This document shows, piece by piece, positions 53,701-57,151 of a stretch of DNA of 57,151 nt; position 1 is the stretch's first letter, and the number at the start of each line of letters is the position of its first letter. This DNA is from a virus. Under the pieces are notes generated by a model that saw only the letters and a list, made by a program, of their open reading frames with translations, searched no databases and was not told the DNA's origin. The DNA is taken from positions 1-57,151 of the IMG/VR virus record IMGVR_UViG_3300035211_000082; one strand, 5' to 3'. Both the position numbers and the translations under genes were made by a program.

Positions 53701-54791
53701 TCTCTATCAATCATCAAACCACAATCACATTTATAAATCCGGTCTGATAATTTTAAATCTTTCTTTATTTGCCCGCATGAGCTACACATTTTAGAGCTCG
53801 GAAACCACCTATCAGCCTTGACTAAATTAATTCCATAAAATTTAGTTTTATATTCCAATATATTTGCAAATGTATATAAACATTGTTCTTGTATAGCTTT
53901 TGATAAATGTCTATTTTTCATCATTCCTGATATATTTAAATCTTCAATTACTATATTTTGTGGTTTGGTTTTCACCAAAGATGTAGTAATTTGATGAATA
54001 TTATTCAATCTAATATTAGTCAATCTTCTATAAATAAGCTTTATTTTCTTTTTAGTTTTCATAATATTTTTAGTCTTGTTATAACGGACTTCACCACCTT
54101 TCATTTTAATTTTATTCTTTTCATATTTACGACTTACTTTTCTTTGTAATCTCTTAAGCTTCTTTTTAATCTTTTTAACAGAGCTAGTTTTATTAATATT
54201 TTTATACTTTTCACCTGTATTAATAATTGCTAAATCTTTTATTCCTAAATCAATTCCAATAGTTTTATCTGTCAATTCTTGATATTCTGTTTCTACTTCA
54301 ATTCCAACTGATAAATACCAATACTTGCTATCATGTGTTATTCTAGGATTTTTATATTTTGTATCTACAGGTATTCGTTTTGGTTCTGATAATTCAATCC
54401 ATCCTATTTTTTCAATCAATACAGATTTTTCTTTGACCTTTAATTTCTCACAGTCATTGTAAAAACTTGTTTTACATTTATTCTTTTTCTTAAATTTGGG
54501 CTGTTTAGCTTGCCCTTTAAAAAATCTCTTATATGCTAAACATAAATCTTTAACAGCTTGTTTTGGTACATTATTAGATATTTCATTTAACCAGGCTAAC
54601 TCAGTTTTCTTTAATTGTGTTATTTCTTTTCTTAAGTCGTTGTCAGATATAAATTTCCCGCCATTTTTGTAATTAACTAATTGTTTATCTAAGGCCCAAT
54701 TGTAAATATATCTTGCTGTTCCTGAAGCTTTCCAAAATAATTTTTCTTGTTCTTCTGTAGGTTTTAACCTAACTTTTATTGCTTTTATCAT
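53664..54791 (-). CDS. tnpB: TnpB RNA-guided nuclease, catalytic residues intact
   Basis: MIKAIKVRLKPTEEQ...; RuvC-I IGIDLGIKD, RuvC-II IVIEDLN, zinc finger CSSCG...CDCG, RuvC-III IDRDLNAAINL. Confidence 0.85.
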   Translation of the reverse strand: MIKAIKVRLKPTEEQEKLFWKASGTARYIYNWALDKQLVNYKNGGKFISDNDLRKEITQLKKTELAWLNEISNNVPKQAVKDLCLAYKRFFKGQAKQPKFKKKNKCKTSFYNDCEKLKVKEKSVLIEKIGWIELSEPKRIPVDTKYKNPRITHDSKYWYLSVGIEVETEYQELTDKTIGIDLGIKDLAIINTGEKYKNINKTSSVKKIKKKLKRLQRKVSRKYEKNKIKMKGGEVRYNKTKNIMKTKKKIKLIYRRLTNIRLNNIHQITTSLVKTKPQNIVIEDLNISGMMKNRHLSKAIQEQCLYTFANILEYKTKFYGINLVKADRWFPSSKMCSSCGQIKKDLKLSDRIYKCDCGLMIDRDLNAAINLSKLA

Positions 54792-54921
54792 TCCCCACCT
54801 GCTCAATTTTCTCATCTAAAATACGTCTAATCAATTCAGCGAGTGGAATCCCCTTCTCTTTTGCCATTTTTTCAAGAATATTATGCTGTATTTCAGATAA
54901 ATAAATCTGAAATCTTCTCAT
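54769..54921 (-). CDS. ribbon-helix-helix (CopG-like) protein overlapping the tnpB start (50 aa; not in ORF track)
   Basis: gaggtgttaat ATG; MRRFQIYLSEIQHNILEKMAKEKGIPLAELIRRILDEKIEQVGNDKSNKS. Confidence 0.6.
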   Translation of the reverse strand: MRRFQIYLSEIQHNILEKMAKEKGIPLAELIRRILDEKIEQVGNDKSNKS

Positions 54922-54952
54922 ATTAACACCTCATTTCTTTAAATATATGTTT

Positions 54953-54981
54953 ATTATACATTTAATAAGCGTATATGTAAA
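54953..54981 (-). promoter_or_regulatory. promoter TTTACA-N17-(TGt)ATAAT for RHH-tnpB, inside the element left end
   Basis: minus strand: tttacatatacgcttattaaatgtataat. Confidence 0.5.
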
Positions 54982-55152
54982 TACTATAAAAGTATTAATA
55001 TTTATAACTTTTATAAAGTTTTCTTTAACAGTTAGCTGCCTCCAAAATTTTAATCTATATTAAGATAACTAACTTGTCGAAACAGTCTCAAAATCTGTTA
55101 AGATATCAAAATTTCGAGTACAATTTCGACCAGTTATTTTTTTGAAATTCCA

Positions 55153-55605
55153 TTATACTAAATCTAAATCAACATATCCTGTATCAGCTTTCCCAAGCCA
55201 AGAATCAAATCCATCTTCGTTTATTTCTTCCAAGATAGACTCTATATCTTCTATTTTTAAATTCCATTCTTTTTTATTTATATATTCATCTAGATTCTCA
55301 TTTACTTTTTCATCTAACGCATATTGCTCTAATTCCTCAGGTATTTCTTCGTCTTCACTATTCAACCTTTTTATTTCTTCAAATTTTTCCCAATCCTTTG
55401 GTCTTTCTACTTCTGACGTATTTGCATTATAATTTACAAAAACTTCTATTCCTTCAAAGTGATATGCTACTTCAAATGAATCTTCGCAATCTGGTCCTGA
55501 CCAACTTGTCCCAGCTTGAAATTTAAATATTTTGCTTTTAAGCATTTCTAACAATTCACATTTATCAATTCTCATAATTCTTGTAAGTCTTATTTTATCT
55601 CCCAT
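55153..55605 (-). CDS. highly acidic protein (150 aa)
   Basis: ggaggattaaac ATG; C-half very rich in D/E (EDEEIPEELEQYALDEKVNENLDEY...). Confidence 0.55.
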   Translation of the reverse strand: MGDKIRLTRIMRIDKCELLEMLKSKIFKFQAGTSWSGPDCEDSFEVAYHFEGIEVFVNYNANTSEVERPKDWEKFEEIKRLNSEDEEIPEELEQYALDEKVNENLDEYINKKEWNLKIEDIESILEEINEDGFDSWLGKADTGYVDLDLV

Positions 55606-55636
55606 GTTTAATCCTCCAAAATTTTAATATACATAT

Positions 55637-55665
55637 ATTATATACCATTGTAAATTAAAAGTCAA
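55637..55665 (-). promoter_or_regulatory. member of the conserved promoter family TTGACT-N17-TATAAT
   Basis: minus strand: ttgacttttaatttacaatggtatataat. Confidence 0.6.
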
Positions 55666-55703
55666 TTGTATGTTGTGAGTAATATTAATTTAATTGTTGC
55701 ATT

Positions 55704-56087
55704 CTAATCATTTCGACCCTCCCAGCATGGTAAATCTGAAACATGAGCATTCCACCTTTTGATAAAAGTAACGTTTTCCTTAGAACATGTTACAATATAC
55801 TCTAATATTTCGGGTAATCTTAATGTATCTTTTGAAATATGCTTACAATGATCACATGTCATGCATTTAAGCATTTTATCGTTTTCTGAATTATGATATG
55901 ACATTTTCATTTGTTTTTTATGATTTTCATTTAAAAAAGAACTGTATTTTAATATTTCTTCTTTTGTACAATCTTCAGATGATTTTATATTTACTATTTT
56001 TGTCACATTGTAAAGATTGCACCAATCAATATATTCTAATATTGTTAATCCTCTATTTATGTCGTTTTCTTTTAATAAATTGATCAT
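55704..56087 (-). CDS. hypothetical Cys-containing protein (start uncertain)
   Basis: The track start at 56111 is TTG; first ATG at 56087 (MINLLKEND...); CMTCDHCKH motif. Confidence 0.45.
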   Translation of the reverse strand: MINLLKENDINRGLTILEYIDWCNLYNVTKIVNIKSSEDCTKEEILKYSSFLNENHKKQMKMSYHNSENDKMLKCMTCDHCKHISKDTLRLPEILEYIVTCSKENVTFIKRWNAHVSDLPCWEGRND

Positions 56088-56092
56088 ATTTT

Positions 56093-56278
56093 TCAATAAT
56101 CCTCCCTGCAATCTTTACAATAATCTTCCCATCCATCATCAACTTTTCTTGTCAACCAATCATCGCTATTAACCTTAAAATCTACTGCATCCATAAAGCT
56201 ATTAAACTCTTCAAACTCTGTTTCTCCGCAGCAATCACATATTAATTTGTAATATTTGCCTTGTTTTTCAATTGCCAT
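56093..56278 (-). CDS. small zinc-binding protein (61 aa)
   Basis: ggaggattaacaa ATG; CDCCGE...CKDC. Confidence 0.5.
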   Translation of the reverse strand: MAIEKQGKYYKLICDCCGETEFEEFNSFMDAVDFKVNSDDWLTRKVDDGWEDYCKDCREDY

Positions 56279-56316
56279 TTGTTAATCCTCCCTCTAATTT
56301 TTTTCTGTTAAAATTA

Positions 56317-56508
56317 CTAGTCTGGAAATTTCATACTTACATATAATTCTTCTAATTCTTTCAATGTTTTATCAGCATATCTGTCATGGCTATAGATAAA
56401 ACTTACAAATTGTTCGCCCAGGCTTGCTATTTGATTATTGCGAAAAGTAATTCTAACTTGTTTATCTTCTAATACTTCTATACTATAAAAATCATATTTT
56501 AGGTACAT
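56317..56508 (-). CDS. hypothetical protein (63 aa)
   Basis: ggaggattaacaaaa ATG. Confidence 0.5.
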   Translation of the reverse strand: MYLKYDFYSIEVLEDKQVRITFRNNQIASLGEQFVSFIYSHDRYADKTLKELEELYVSMKFPD

Positions 56509-56522
56509 TTTTGTTAATCCTC

Positions 56523-56864
56523 CTATTTAATTACAATATTTTGTGTTTCAGACTTATAATAATTCTTGTATAATGTCTCAAATGTTTGTCCAATTTTTAT
56601 AGATTCTTTATCAATCAACCTAATAAAATATCCATGACTAGTCACCAACAATAAATTTTCATATTCGTCTTTGTTGTCTATTTTGTAGACGATGTCTCCA
56701 GCATGTATCTCTTGTACTTTGTCTTTCCATTGTAAAAATTTATCAATAAATTCGCTTGCTGTTTCATTTGAGTTTCGCTTTAAGTAGTCGTAAATTTCTT
56801 TAAATATTTCTTCTTGTTCGTAATCTATGCCTATTGTTACTTTAAAAGCTTTAAAATTGTTCAT
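56523..56864 (-). CDS. hypothetical protein (113 aa)
   Basis: ORF in gene string. Confidence 0.5.
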   Translation of the reverse strand: MNNFKAFKVTIGIDYEQEEIFKEIYDYLKRNSNETASEFIDKFLQWKDKVQEIHAGDIVYKIDNKDEYENLLLVTSHGYFIRLIDKESIKIGQTFETLYKNYYKSETQNIVIK

Positions 56865-56867
56865 TTG

Positions 56868-57151
56868 TTAATCCTTCAAGTTATTTTCAACTTTATTAAA
56901 ACTCTTGATAATCAACAAAACTTCATCATGTTTTTTAATATTAGATTTTTTAATATTGCATTGAATCAAGTTGTCATTTTTTTCAGTTTCTTTAATTGAT
57001 TTATTATATTTATCTAATAAATAATTTTTTTCATAGTCTCTTACGTCTTGAAATTTTATTGTTTCATTAATTCTTACAGTACCATCAATTGACATTAATA
57101 ATTCTAATGTATTTTTATCCTTCAATTCTGCGTATATAAAATATATAAGTT
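56868..57151 (-). CDS. hypothetical protein that crosses the circular junction (96 aa in total)
   Basis: The true ATG lies at position 134 of the repeated copy (gggaggattaaaagc ATG; MSKLIYFIYAELKDKNTLEL...); 134 nt + 157 nt = 291 nt in frame. Confidence 0.5.
   Translation of the reverse strand, partial: LIYFIYAELKDKNTLELLMSIDGTVRINETIKFQDVRDYEKNYLLDKYNKSIKETEKNDNLIQCNIKKSNIKKHDEVLLIIKSFNKVENNLKD
57025..57151. repeat. Second copy of the 127-nt terminal repeat
   Basis: identical to 1..127. Confidence 0.92.

Larger units (their letters stand above)
53418..55038 (-). mobile_element. IS200/IS605-like TnpB element lacking TnpA (RHH gene + tnpB + omega-RNA region), 1,621 bp
   Basis: Boundaries deduced by rejoining the flanks to GGAGG|ATTAAGCTATG, the phage consensus RBS. 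Subterminal hairpins AACTT-TATAA-AAGTT (left end, about 18 nt in) and AACTT-TTAT-AAGTT (right end, 11 nt in). No target duplication (2-nt GG ambiguity). Confidence 0.7.

Noticed and set aside
53664-54791. Nuclease-dead TnpB derivative (TldR-like RNA-guided repressor)
   Set aside because: All three RuvC catalytic positions (GIDLG Asp, IEDLN Glu, DRDLNAA Asp) and the zinc finger are present.
53418-55038. IStron (group I intron fused to an IS605-type element) that would splice out of the helicase mRNA
   Set aside because: Only about 115 nt lie between the left end and the RHH start, too short for a group I core. With any of the three possible boundary registers, the 5' exon does not end in U. 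I saw no P7/P3-like conserved core. Left as a formal check only.
1-57151. Stop-codon reassignment (TAG or TGA recoding), as seen in some gut phages
   Set aside because: Very long ORFs (1005, 941, 710, 674, 601 aa) are intact in the standard code, gene ends fit SD-start spacing of the next gene, and there is no suppressor tRNA.

Overview
Complete, circularly closed genome (unit 57,024 bp; bases 1-127 repeat 57025-57151) of a very AT-rich siphovirus-type tailed phage. The host is probably a low-GC Gram-positive bacterium, judging from an LPXTG-anchored protein, an amidase+SPOR endolysin and strong GGAGG ribosome-binding sites. Almost all genes are on the minus strand. They include replication and recombination genes (a P4/DUF927-like helicase beside a 0.8-kb GTAAC iteron field, a RecD-like SF1 helicase, a Sak4-like ATPase, an ERCC4-like nuclease), the terminase, and a Mu-like portal/MuF/protease-scaffold/capsid head module. 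The tail genes follow: tail tube, G and G-T chaperones with an A_AAA_AAC -1 frameshift site, a 1005-aa tape measure, tail tip and fibre genes, an XhlA-like protein and the endolysin. Short plus-strand blocks lie at 5.0-8.1 kb, 18.0 kb and 28.4-29.0 kb. I saw no integrase or partition genes. Mobile or selfish content: (a) a TnpB element with intact RuvC residues and an RHH gene in place of TnpA, inserted exactly between the Shine-Dalgarno and the ATG of the RecD-like helicase; (b) a GIY-YIG endonuclease with its own RHH gene, splitting the tail module; (c) a T5orf172/KilA-N gene bracketed by a duplicated terminator; (d) four Rha-family genes. The most unusual signals are three. (i) A GC-rich word CCGGCAAA(R)G(R)AA occurs about 20 times, singly and as TTTGCCGGCAAA dyads, inside and outside genes. 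Two copies form the inverted ends of an 890-bp non-coding module that carries a consensus promoter and a candidate ncRNA with a tRNA-like T-arm. (ii) A two-hairpin 5' leader with complementary loops is conserved, with compensatory changes, upstream of two Rha paralogs. (iii) The TnpB right end is duplicated, giving a repeat-spacer-repeat arrangement. All functions are inferred from motifs read by eye; no database search was possible.
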